Notes under the pieces: model-generated
The model's input: the letters and a program-made list of their open reading frames with translations, nothing else
Databases searched by the model: none
What the model was told of the DNA's origin: nothing
Shown: piece after piece, positions 1 through 11,185 of the stretch
Numbering within the stretch: position 1 is the stretch's first letter
Layout of the letters: every line of letters starts with the position of its first letter
NCBI RefSeq assembly: GCF_001194135.2
Contig: NC_068990.1
Span: 50,075,306-50,121,309 of the forward strand
Source of the DNA: Octopus bimaculoides
Taxonomy: Eukaryota
DNA: 46,004 nt
Direction of reading: 5' to 3'
Translations under genes and position numbers: made by a program

Positions 1-116
1 ATATATATGTATATATATAAACATATATGTGTATATATATAAACATATATGTGTATATATATAAACATATATGTGTATATATATAAACATATATATGTAT
101 GTATATATATATATAG

Positions 117-152
<36 letters not shown>

Positions 153-325
153 TGTATCTATATATAAACATATATATGTATATATATATAAACATATATG
201 TATATATATAAACATATATGTATATATATATATAAACATATATATGTACATATATAAACATATATATGTACATATATAAACACATACACACAGACACACA
301 CACACACGTATATATATATATATAA
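1..325. repeat. TA-rich minisatellite/microsatellite (about 22-24 bp unit ATATATATAAACATATATGT(G/A)T grading into (TA)n and (CA)n)
   Basis: Repeated ATAAACATATATGT units are directly visible. Confidence 0.9.
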
Positions 326-1066
326 TGGTTTTGGATTCCGTCACAGAGGAAGCCGATGTTCAATTTACGTGTTTGCTGACTATACTGTTTTGGTGTCTCT
401 CTTGTTTATAATCGGGTGTAGAATTGGTTGAATGCGGTGTAGAACATTAAGTTGACAAAACTTTTAGGATGCGTTATAAGTTATTTATTAAAATGGTAAC
501 ATTTGATATATCACAGTAGGTAAACAATAATAAATGAAAAAAAATGTTTACAAGAAACAAATGCAGTTGTGGTATTTGTGATGTATAAATTGTTATTTGT
601 ATATCTATGTGTTTTCACGTGTTTGGCAAGACAAAGTGTGTGTGCAAAAGAACCTTACTTGTATAGCTGTTGTTCTAGCGATGTGTGCTCTTAGATTAGT
701 AGTAGTAGTCAGCAGTGAAAGATGTCTTAATTAGACAGAGGATCGTTCTTGCGTAGCGTAGCGTATGCGGCTGTGCCACCAACTCTCTGGTTCTTGGCCG
801 AAATGTCTCTCTATTTATGTGGTTACAGCGCTGACAAGTCAAGCTATGTCTGGCTAGCGTTCCCTTGATTTATGGTGTCGAAGGTCAAGTGTTTTGGTCG
901 TTAATTTTAGCCAAACATTTTCCTTGACATTTGTTATCTATGGTGAATTTCCTTAGTTTTGAATGTGTGGTCTTTTGCTGGGAAACTAAACTTTTGACCG
1001 TGGGAAACATTTTCCTCTGAGGTCGAGTTGTGAGCTGAGAGATTTGGGTTCAGTTTTGAGTTGAAA

Positions 1067-1067
<1 letters not shown>
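326..1067. repeat. Unclassified non-coding segment, possibly an LTR-like or other interspersed repeat, between two microsatellites
   Basis: Higher complexity and more CpG than its surroundings. No ORF, TIR or TSD recognised. Confidence 0.25.
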
Positions 1068-1122
<55 letters not shown>

Positions 1123-1944
1123 GGTTGTCAAGTCAGGGGGTGGGGTGGGTATAAGCTCCCACTACCCAAAAATGCATATATATATATATATAAGTTTATG
1201 TATATATTAATATTATCTTAGTTTAAAAAAACTTTGACAATATAAGTATGTTAATAGTTACCATGGGTAGCAAAAATTACATAAAAAAACAGGATATCAC
1301 ATCCATTTTATAGGTAGAGATACCAAGTTGAAGTGATGCATTTTGAGTAGATATGAATAATAACAATAATAAATGGAGCAAAACGCATATAAATAAAAGT
1401 TCCTTTAATTCCTACACATCTTTCAAAATATATGTGTACTCTACTCCAAAGAAGTAAGAGCTGCTGGAATTCCACATATATTCATCCTCAGGGAACCAAC
1501 ATATAGACAAATGCGAAATGATGAGGTAACTTACGAGTTATAATATTACGTGGCCAAGTAAGTGACCGTTAGAAGTAAGGACGCTTGTTTACATACAGAT
1601 ATAAAGGGAGGGGGCTGTAAACATTATACTAAAGGTTTAAATTGAATGATTAAAATGGGGGAGGAGGGCAAAACAGATCACAGTAAAGTAAACTAAAAGT
1701 CATAAGCTAATTGCTAAGTCCAAAGTGGAGGAAGGGAGAGAACCAAGAGAGTTCATTAAATATTAAAATATTTTCTCCTTAAGGAAAAAACTCATGACAT
1801 ACTAATATAAAGTGAAGAAAGTAAATATGAAAAATAAATAAAGCATCATAGCCTAGTAATATATTATATTATTATACGGATATTAACGCAAGTTAATGGT
1901 AAAACAAGGTACAGGATATTTAGTAGAGAAATAATAATAATAAT

Positions 1945-4065
1945 GTGTACGCTTACAAGGAGAAGATTGGAAATACTTATGTTATTATCTGCAAACGCGA
2001 CATTTATGACATTTGTAATGTCAAGTCCTTCCATGGATTGGAATGCTGGACAGACCACAGTCTGGTGCGAGCAAAGTTCCAAATGGTAATTAGAGTAAAA
2101 GAGAGAAGAGGACCAGTCAGCATTTCTCGCCGTCTAAATGTCCACAAGGTATATGATGTTGTGGTTAGGAAAGAACTTCAGACTCGCTTGTCCAGCATTG
2201 AAACTGCTGCAGCATGGGAGGATTTTCGAGACCACCTTCTTCAATGTGCAGCCGAAACCCTGGGATATGTTACTGCCAGACACAGAGACTGGTTTGACAA
2301 GAATGATGCTGAAGTTCAGCGACTATTGGTGGTAAAGCGCCATGCTCGCAGTGTATTGCTACACAGAGAACTGTCTACTGTGCAGTGAAGTCTAGCACTT
2401 GCCCACTATATCAGTATAAGATCACTACTGCAGCGATCTCTCAGGAAGATGCAGAACACTTGGTGGGAGGATCTTGCTGGTAATGTTCAGGCTGCTGCTG
2501 ATGCAAATGACAGCAAGAAGCTTTACCATCTTATGAAGCAAGCTTATGGACCTAAGAGCTCCACGTCAGCTCCTTTGCTTTCCAAGGAGTCTTCCACCCT
2601 GTTTACTAAATCAACAGAAATCATAGGTCGCTGGATTGAACACTTCTCTGAACTCCTAAACCATGAGTCAGTTGTGGATGAAACAGTGATTGATACTATG
2701 CAACAAAGACCTATCATTGGCTCCTTAGACTCTTCACCCTCAATAGATGAAGTAATGACATCAATAAGTAAATTGAATCTTGGTAGGGCACCTGGAAAGG
2801 ATGGAATTTGTGCTGAGGTCTTGCGATTTGGTGGTAATTACATCACACAGTCCCTTCATGAACTTATTAGTGCAGTCTGGAGGGATGGTGCAATGCCTAA
2901 GGACTAGAAAGATGCAATTATTCTTCCTCTATATAAAGGAAAAGGAGCCAGAACAATGCTGGTAAGGTTCTGGCAAATATTCTTCTTACCCCTCTGAATG
3001 GGTGTCTTGTAAATGATGTCCTATCTGAATCTCAATGTGGCTTCCGATCTGGTAGAGGGACAATGGATATGATTTTCACAGCAAGACAGATGCAGGAGAA
3101 TTGCTATGAGCAGAATATGGATCTTGTCCAGGTATTCATTGATTTAACAAAGGCCTTTGATACTGTAAATAGGGCCTCTCTATGGAAAATACTTGGCAAA
3201 CTTGGATGTCCGGATCACTTTATATCTATAATTAAATCATTTCATGATGGGATGGAGGCTTGAGTCAATGTTGGTGGTGGCATGGCGGGACCCATTCCTG
3301 GAGAGAATGGTGTTAAGCAGGGTGACATCCTTGCCCCATCTCTCTTTTCTTTGTACTTTGCTGCTGCTTTTACTCATNNNNNNNNNNNNNNNNNNNNNNN
3401 NNNNNNNNNNNNNNNNNNNNNNNNNNNNNNNNNNNNNNNNNNNNNNNNNNNNNNNNNNNNNNNNNNNNNNNNNNNNNNNNNNNNNNNNNNNNNNNNNNNN
3501 NNNNNNNNNNNNNNNNNNNNNNNNNNNAATCGTATTTCTGCTTCTTGCAAGGCATTTGGACTTGGCATTAGCCTGGACAAGACTGTTGTAATGTTCCAGC
3601 CTGCACCAGGAAATCCATATGTGAAACCAGCTATCTTGGTTGAAGGAACAATTCTGAAGGTAGTAGACAAGTTTGTCTACCTGGGCAGCACACTCAGCTG
3701 TTCTTGCTCCCTGGATGAGGAAATATGTTTCAGGTTGCATAGAGCAACTAATTCCTTCCAGTCTCTTCAGTCTCGTGTCTGGTTCCAGCATGGCATAGCA
3801 AGGCAAACAAAAGTTGCTGTGTACTGTGCTTGTGTACTGACATCGCTCCTCTACTTGTGTGAAACATGGACTCTGTACAAACGTCAGGTAAGGGTCCTTG
3901 AACGCTTTCATCAGAGATGTCTCAGGTACATTCTCAATGTTGGCTGGACCTCAAAGATTCCGGACACACAGATCCTGAGGACAGCTGATATCTTGAGTAT
4001 TGAGGCAATGGTGCACAAGCACCGGTTACGTTGGACTAGACACCTTGTTAGAATGAAGGATAGCA
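1945..4065 (+). mobile_element. 5'-truncated, decayed RTE-clade LINE (end of APE endonuclease, RT, C-terminal region)
   Basis: Translated pieces CWTDHSLV, RHRDWFD, LNLGRAPGKDGI, VFIDLTKAFDTVNR, GVKQGDILAPSLFSLY, VDKFVYLGS, LLYLCETW and HRLRWTRHLVRM. Stops and frameshifts are present. The gap 3378-3527 covers the expected catalytic (Y/F)ADD region. Confidence 0.92.
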
Positions 4066-4169
4066 GGATACACACACACACAGAAAAAGATAGATTGATA
4101 GATACAACTGAGTGGGCAAACAAAAATATGAGACACTGCCTAGTGCTTTTTTTTATTTTGATAAGCCTG

Positions 4170-4463
4170 GTACTTATTCTACCAGTTTCTTCTTGTCAAA
4201 CCAGTAAGTTATGGGGATGTAAATAAACAAACAGCAGTTGTGAAGCAGTGATGAGGGAGAAACACAGACAAAGACACACACATACACTTACATATATATA
4301 CGATTTATTTCTTTCAATTTCTGTCTACAAAATTCACTCATAAGGCTTTGGTTGGTCTGAGACTATAGCAGAAGACACATGCCAAGTCACCACTCAGTGG
4401 TACTGAACCCAGGATCATGTGTTTTGGAACCAAGTTTCTTAGTACACAGCCACAACTGCACCT
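4170..4463 (-). mobile_element. tRNA-derived SINE (family A), diverged
   Basis: Reverse complement matches the head and core of the copy at 22227-22413 (GGCTGTGT...GGTTCAGTACCACTG...GTGTCTTCTGCTATAG...CCAAAGCCTTATGAGTG). Confidence 0.75.
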
Positions 4464-4658
4464 ATGTATATGTGTGTGTATGGGTGTATATATGTATGCA
4501 TGTATATATGTGTATATATATGTGTACATATTACAGGTACATCTATATATATACATGTACACATATACATCTATATCTATATATATATACATCTATACAT
4601 ATACATCTATATATATACAGCTATACATATACATCTATATACATACATGTATATATAT

Positions 4659-4747
<89 letters not shown>

Positions 4748-4850
4748 CACATCTATATATATACATTTGTGCACATACATATACACCCATATACATACAT
4801 GTGTATATATATATATACATCTATCTATATGTATGCCTGCATACATGAGA
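4464..4850. repeat. (TA)n / TACA-type compound microsatellite
   Basis: Directly visible. It explains the YIYI ORFs at 4338-4867. Confidence 0.95.
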
Positions 4851-4854
4851 TAAT

Positions 4855-5110
4855 AGTTTCACTTTAATAGTTTCAGTATTAAAGTGAAAATATCTGAAAA
4901 AAATTGGTTCACTTTTGACACGTAACACTGAAATAGTGGAGGAGATATGATATTTCTCTGGGCTCACAGTAGACAAGAAGTTAAAATTTTTTTTGGCCTA
5001 TGACACTACATGGACCCTAAGTTAGGCATGTGTAAAATTTGAATGAAATTGATTGTGTAGTTCTCAAGTTTTAGGGATTCACACAGACAGACAGACAGAC
5101 ATTCTCATAG
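4855..5110 (-). mobile_element. Possible Helitron/Helentron-type non-autonomous fragment
   Basis: Minus strand reads GTCTGTCTGTCTGTGTGAATCCCTAAAACTTGAGAACTAC...ATTTCATTCAAATTTTACAC, resembling the (GTCT)n-containing 5' part of DINE/HINE-like elements. Termini are unresolved. Confidence 0.35.
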
Positions 5111-5249
5111 ATGTACATATACATCATGGTGGCATATATATATGTACATGTGTGTGTGTGTATATGTATATATGAATGCTTATGTGTATTTATATGTACA
5201 TATATGCGTGTGTGTGTGTGTGTATACATACATTCATTATGTGGGTGTG

Positions 5250-5460
5250 ACAAGCTGGCAGAAATGTTAGCACGCCAGGCGAAATGCTTAGTGGTATTTG
5301 TTTGTCTTTGCGTTCTGAGTTCAAATTCCGCCGAGGTTGACTTCACCTTTCATCCTTTTGGGGTTGATAAATTAAGTACAAATTGCATACTGGGATAAAT
5401 CTAATCGACTGGTCCCTTCCCCCCAAAATTTCTGGCCTTGTGCCTAGCGTAGAAAAGGAT
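5250..5460 (+). mobile_element. tRNA-derived SINE (family B)
   Basis: AAGCTGGCAGAAATGTTAGCACGCCAGGCGAAATGC...GAGTTCAAATTCCGCCGAGG (B-box-like). Related copies lie at 5580-5905 and 9480-9700. Confidence 0.8.
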
Positions 5461-5579
5461 ATTTTCAACTGAGATGTTACAATTGTATCTGATTCTTCTG
5501 TGTAGGTACATATATTTATTAATGGTTTTCCCTATTGTGTTGATGTGCTATTTGTAATCATTAATAAAGCTGTCAGCAT

Positions 5580-5905
5580 TTTTGCTAATAATAATCCTTT
5601 CTACTAAAGGCACAAGGCCTGAAATTTGGTGGGAGGGGACTAATTGATTACATTGACCCTCGTGTTTCACTAGTACTTAATATTTCTTTATTGTCCACAG
5701 GGGGCTAAACATAGAGGAGACAAACAAGGACAGATGAAGGGATTATGTTGATTACATCGACCCCAGTGCATAACCGGTACTTATTTAATCGACCCCAAAA
5801 GGATGAAAGGCAAAGTTGACCTTGGCAGAATTTTAACTCAGAACATAAAGATGGATGAAATGTCACTAACCATTTTGCCCAGCGTGCTAATGATTCTGCC
5901 AGCTG
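5580..5905 (-). mobile_element. tRNA-derived SINE (family B), inverted relative to 5250-5460
   Basis: Reverse complement matches the family B head and core (GGCAGAATCATTAGCACGCTGGGC...CTGAGTTAAAATTCTGCCAAGG...TTTCATCCTTTTGGGGTCGAT). Confidence 0.75.
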
Positions 5906-6039
5906 TAATAAAGTGGATTCTAACTCTCACAGAAAAGTTGATTATTTTGTTATTTCTCTCCTTCCTAATTCATTTTTCAGTCAATTTAGTTTTGCATGAT
6001 ATCAAGATGATATAACATCCATGAGTCTAATATCCCTTA

Positions 6040-6400
6040 CAGATACAATTGGCATTACATTGGCACCACTTGTGTTGATCTGGTGCCTCCATGATATTTG
6101 ACATGGTTCAGAAGGCCAAATTGGGAATGGAACGGTCTAGCGCACTGATTGGCATTCTTTCTTTACAAAAGAACATGTAGTCAGCTTACTCCATACTGCT
6201 GTCGCTAGATAAAGAAGTTTTGCTCAGAGCGACTATGTCAATGTTGAAGCAGGCGAGTTCTTGGGAGACAAGTGCAGTACACCTTTCAGTTTGGTATGTG
6301 GTTTGCATGTCCATCAAAGTTCTCACATTCCATGCTTCCAAGGTCGGAGAATGGGATCGAATGGCAACACATACATACATATACAGTGCAAGCCCAATTT
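6040..6400 (-). mobile_element. RTE LINE 5' fragment (start of APE endonuclease)
   Basis: ORF 6380-6186: AWNVRTLMD...ERCTALVSQELACFNIDIVALSKT, the typical RTE ORF N-terminus. Confidence 0.8.
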
Positions 6401-6511
6401 TTGATGTAGTTAGTTAGAATGCCACATGGAACTTTGCATGTGAAGTTTACTCAGCTAATATAGAATGAGTTGCTATTGCTTTCGTAAAATATTCCAATCA
6501 GAGTATAACAG

Positions 6512-7164
6512 TTTAGATGGTTAGGTTGTTCTTCCATCTAACGGGACTCTGCTCAGAAGGCTGTAATATTACTGTGGTAGTAACCAGGTAAAGAAATACA
6601 TGGAACAAGATGATAACTTTAAATACATTTATTGTGGTTACGTATATATACACAAGCTGAATGGAAGTGGTTGATGAACATTTATTCATATCTCTACATG
6701 CATCTGCATGGGTTGTATGTTAGCTGCTAACCCTGGTGAGGAACTCACGAACAGCGATGTTAGAACCAGTGTTGTGCGTTGTGCTGAGTAGATGTTGTCA
6801 ACGACGCTGGTGAGAGACATCATGGTGGCAATGAAGATGGAAGTTGCTGTAATGTGGTCAGTAGTTAGACCTTAGAAGGTCTGAAACCAACTGATGTTGA
6901 AACTAGAAGGGGTGAGCTTTTAAAGCTGATGGGTGGCTCAAATGCAGTTTGGAAAAGACTGTCTCACGTGACTTATTTGAAGGCTGTGATTGGTTGGGTT
7001 GCATATTGGTGCATGATAGAGTAAGAGACAAATTGCACCAATACCAACCAATCGGAGTGGTAGACACAACGGGTCCAAAACAGCGCCCAAAGGTTAGCTG
7101 TTACCTGCTACATTTGTATGTCTGTTATATAATAGAGAGAGGAAGTTCACTAGAGTTTGCTACA
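6512..7164 (-). repeat. 3' LTR of the Gypsy element
   Basis: Colinear with 8582-9233 over about 650 bp, with scattered substitutions. Confidence 0.9.
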
Positions 7165-8139
7165 GCCCCCCCACCACAAGTCATTTTGTGGGAGAAAAAA
7201 ATAGGAGTTATTATAGGAAGATATTTCTGTAGTGAAGAGGTGAAAATGGTTGCATAGCCAGCAAAACTTGATATGAAAACATGATGGACCTATGTCTAGC
7301 TAAGTGGAAATCACGGGAATGCGAAAAATCAAGGTAAATGAGAGAATATTGGCTGTTGTGAGAATGAGCAGTGTCAAGAATTTGCCTGCAACACAGTGAG
7401 TCATTTGCAGAGGCAAGGCTGTAGGTGCTAGAAAAGTGACAGTGACTATCAAAGCAAGTCAAGCCATAAAGATGGCAACAAAAGAAGTTCCAACATGCAA
7501 GAGACTTGATGTTGATCAAGCACCAAAGGAAGAAAATGCATGGAATGCTACGTGATGCAAAGAAAAATGTGTTTAGAAGAGGTGGTTTGTGCATCCTACA
7601 AACCAGAGAAGAAACGCATGACAAAAACACGTAAGAAGCTTTTTTCCAGATGAGGAAAGGCTTGAGAAAAACATTCTGCTAGATTAAACCTGTGTCGGAG
7701 TGGATAACATGAGGCAGACAGCATGTATGTGTGTGTATACGTATGTATGAACTTTGAGCAAAAAAATTTTTTAAATATTAACAAAACATTTAACAATCAA
7801 AAGAGGAACAACAAGGAAAAAACATTTAGCAAAGAAAGGTGCCCAACAAATAGAACAAAGCATATATGTACAATGATACAGAAAGAGAGAATATGTGAAT
7901 GCGGTGTCTTTAGCAGCATAAGTCTATTCTCTGGAACAGTCACTGGTGAGGCAAAGTTAAGAAATGTAAATAGTCTGAGACAATTTGTTCGGCCAATGAA
8001 CTGATCTGCCAGAACATGTCCTGTAAGGTGTAGAATGTGTTTTTGTAGTTGGTGTTTTGGTGAGTGGGGGGTCGTGCTTGTGTGGGTGGGGGTGGCAGTG
8101 TTTGTGGAATGATGGATGTGTCAGCAAGTGGCATAAATG

Positions 8140-8420
8140 TTTTGGAAAAGGCTTTTTTTACTCTGTTGATAGAGACAGTCTCTTTTTTTTCCATGAATGT
8201 CCAGAGTGAGCAGTTTCGGTGTGCTTTTAAGAACGCAATAGGGTTCAGTGTAAGGAGATGTGAGTAGTCCCTTGACCGCATCATTTCATACAAACGTGAG
8301 TCCAGGTAGAAATAGCCAGAGGTACTGTAGAGGAAATAGACTGGTCATGAGGAAGCATTGGTGGCAGGTCAGCAAAGAATGATCTGAGTCGCATGACGTA
8401 AGATGTGGGGTCTGCATTTG
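8140..8420 (-). pseudogene. Gypsy integrase C-terminal remnant (GPY/F region), frameshifted
   Basis: Across frames it reads DPTSYVMRLRSFF...WTHVC...TLDIHGKKETVSINRVKKAF, matching the Gypsy integrase tail pattern THVFVR.DAV..PL..PY.GP..V......FTL...G....VSIDR.K.A. Confidence 0.75.
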
Positions 8421-8563
8421 GTAAGTCAACAGGCGTGTAGTGTGTGCTGTGTCATGTCACCATTTTAGTTGGTCTGGAACGTTGTGGTCATCATTTTAGT
8501 AGGATAAGTGTTCATGCTGTCTCGGAAGGATAAGTGTTCACTTTAGTTGAATGAGTTGTATTT

Positions 8564-8580
8564 TCCACATCGGGTCACCA
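8564..8580 (-). promoter_or_regulatory. Primer-binding site, tRNA-Trp type
   Basis: TGGTGACCCGATGTGGA versus the canonical metazoan tRNA-Trp PBS TGGTGACCCCGACGTGA (one C fewer, CpG decay). Confidence 0.75.
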
Positions 8581-8581
8581 G

Positions 8582-9233
8582 TTTAGGTGGATAGGTGCTA
8601 TTCCATCTAATAACTCTGTTCAGAAGGCTGTAATGTTACTGTGGTAGTAACCCGGTAAAGAAATACATGGAACAAGATGATAACTTTAAATACGTTTATT
8701 GTGGTCACATGTATATACACACAAGCTGAATGGAAGTGGTTGATGTACATTTATTCATATTTCTACATGCATCTGCATGGGTTGTATGTTAGCTGCTAAC
8801 CCTGGTGAGGAACTCACGAACAGCGATGTTAGAATCAGTGCTGTGTGTTGTGCTGAGTAGATGTTGTCAACGACGTTGGTGAGAGACATCATGGTGGCGA
8901 TGAAGATGGAGCTTGCTGTAATGTGATCAGTGGTTAGACTTTAGAATGTCTGAAACCAACTGATGTTGAGATTAGAAAGGGTGAGCTTTTATAGCCGACG
9001 GGTGGCTCAAATGCAGTTTAGAAAAGACTGTCTCACATGACTTATTTGAAGGCTGCGATTGGTTGGGTTGCATATTGGTGCGCAAAAGAGTAAGAGACAA
9101 ATTGCGCCAATACCAACCAATCGGAATGGTAGACACAACAGGGTCCAAAACAGTGCCCAAAGTTAGCTGTTACCTGCTATGTTCGTATGTCTGTTATATA
9201 ATAGAGAGAGGAAGTTCACTAGAGTTTGCTACA
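8582..9233 (-). repeat. 5' LTR of the Gypsy element
   Basis: Minus-strand TATA-like GGCTATAAAAG near 8996-8986, AATAAA at 8700-8695, followed by the PBS. Confidence 0.9.
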
Positions 9234-9479
9234 ACAGAAATATATTGGGAATTACTTCAAATAGTTATAAAACATTAATAAATAAAATACACTAGACTTC
9301 TTAATCAAGCTTGTATAAAAAGAACAACAGTATGAATTTATGTGAATATCAATGCTCAACTTTAGATAATTTTGATTTTTAGAATCAGAAACACATTCTC
9401 TAATAATATCCTGCTTGTATGTAGTAATAAATTTCAGTTGAAATATATTTGTTAACTCACATAATATCACAATTCATAT

Positions 9480-9700
9480 ATATTGATTTCAGATTTTGGC
9501 ACAAAGCCAACAATTTCGGGGAAAGGGGCAAGTTGATTACATTGAAACCAGTTCTCAACAAGTAAATTTTTTATCAACTCTGAAAGGATGAAAGGCAAAG
9601 TCGTACTTGGCAAAATTAGAACTCAGAACATAAAGACAGACAAAAATGTATATGAAGCATTTAGTGTGGCATGGTAAAACCTGCCAGCTCACTGCCTTAA
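9480..9700 (-). mobile_element. tRNA-derived SINE (family B), diverged
   Basis: Reverse complement matches 5250-5460. Confidence 0.7.
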
Positions 9701-10339
9701 CAATTCATATATATATTGAGATACCATCATTCATTATTAACAATACCATAATGTTTGCACATTTAACATATCAATTAAAAAAAAACAGTAAGTAAAAAGA
9801 TGTATCAAATATGACTAGATAACAAAGATCAAATCTAATTATAGTTTTTACAAAAAAAATATGCTTTAATAAAGTCAGTCTTTACAGCATTATATTAGAC
9901 AATTTTTAGTATTTGCATTATAAAGTTCTTTTGTGTTGATTTTGAGTCAGTCACATTTTCATTGATGTATAATGCATTAGTTTATCATGTAGCTCTTCAC
10001 TTTTAATGAAATATTCTGCAGCCAATATTTGTAACTAGTATTGTTCTTGCAATATCAATTATTTTACAAGCAAATGGAAATTCAGATATATATGTTAAAA
10101 TAGTGAGATATATCTGAATTACCATAGGACATTTAAATACTCCATTAAATGAGATAAATGTAAAATTTGGAAAGATACATTTGGAATTAAGAGATTCAGA
10201 TGAGTGTGGGACATGCAATAATTATAAGTAGTGTTTTTTAATTGCTTTCTTTGGTAAATTATAATTATTAAATAAGTACACTAGTATTGTCCCATTTATA
10301 AGTAATCATATACTTTCAACTATCTTTAATTAATTGTCT

Positions 10340-10497
10340 TCAACTGAAATTACTATGGGTTCTCTCATCTATCAATTCATGATTATTGTGAACATTTTTG
10401 TCTTCTGTTGACTGGTGTAAACAATGTTTTGCACTTTCAAAATTTGGGTCAAGGTTAAGAGCATCTTGCATGTCTTTGATAGCTTCATCAAAGTAAC
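10340..10497 (-). CDS. TTC32: TTC32-like TPR protein, last coding exon: (G)YFDEAIKDMQDALNLDPNFESAKHCLHQSTEDKNVHNNHELIDERTHSNFS*
   Basis: Acceptor TTCTGAATTGCAG. The phase-1 start matches the phase-1 end of exon 18066-17912. It resembles the vertebrate TTC32 segment [20 protein letters not shown] (from memory). Stop TGA at 10342-10340. Confidence 0.88.
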
Positions 10498-10884
10498 CTG
10501 CAATTCAGAAAACTAGTTTAGTAGTAATAAATCAACAGTCAAAATAAACAAACAAACAAAATGAAAAAATATCTATATAGATTTACAAAATTTACGGCAT
10601 ACAAATAAATATCTAAATGCCATCAGTGATTTTTGAAACACACACATACATTACCTGTCTGTAATCATCTGTTACACTATTTTCCCTCTTTACTGCTCTT
10701 CTATCCTATTCTGTTGTCACATCTTTTTCTTAACCTCTCTCTTTTTCTTTCTCACTTTCCAGGTGGGCAAGCTATGTATTCACCTCTTCAGCAAGACACC
10801 TGCTCCTCTCCCTCTATCACAGTTTCTAATTCCTCTAGTCTATACCCTGTTCAATTGAGGGAGTCTTATCTTGTAGATACTTGG

Positions 10885-11075
10885 TAATCTCACCAGTGCT
10901 GGTGCCATGTAAAAAGCATCCAGTACATCTGTTAAGTGGCTGGCATTAGGAAGGACATCCAGCTGTAGAAACCATGCCAAAGCAGACACAGAACCTGGCA
11001 GAGCCCTGTGGTTTGTCTGTTCTTGTCAAAACATACAACCCATGCCAACAAGGAAAAAAGGATGTTAAATGGTGA
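10885..11075 (+). mobile_element. RTE LINE 3'-end fragment / RTE-tail SINE-like repeat (family C)
   Basis: GGCATTAGGAAGGACATCCAGCTGTAGAAACCATGCC...GGATGTTAAATG core, shared with many copies in this window. Confidence 0.75.
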
Positions 11076-11087
11076 AGATAAAGATAT

Positions 11088-11089
<2 letters not shown>

Positions 11090-11181
<92 letters not shown>
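11090..11181. repeat. (GT)n microsatellite
   Basis: Directly visible. Confidence 0.98.
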
Positions 11182-11183
<2 letters not shown>

Positions 11184-11185
11184 GT

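Larger units (their letters stand above)
6512..9233 (-). mobile_element. Internally deleted, non-autonomous Ty3/Gypsy LTR retrotransposon with both LTRs
   Basis: Direct repeats at 6512-7164 and 8582-9233. On the minus strand the LTR starts TGTAG. PBS TGGTGACCCGATGTGGA at 8580-8564. PPT GTGGTGGGGGGGC just before 7164. Candidate 4-bp TSD ACAG at 6508-6511 and 9234-9237. Integrase-tail remnant at about 8420-8140. Confidence 0.88.

Noticed and set aside
4338-4867. Overlapping ORFs rich in YI/IY/CV (also 5071-5398, 10932-11204 and 33008-33587)
   Set aside because: They are translations of microsatellites, which lack stop codons.
5250-5905. Inverted pair of family B SINEs
   Set aside because: A real inverted repeat, but it lies outside any transcript I can support and is expected at this SINE density.
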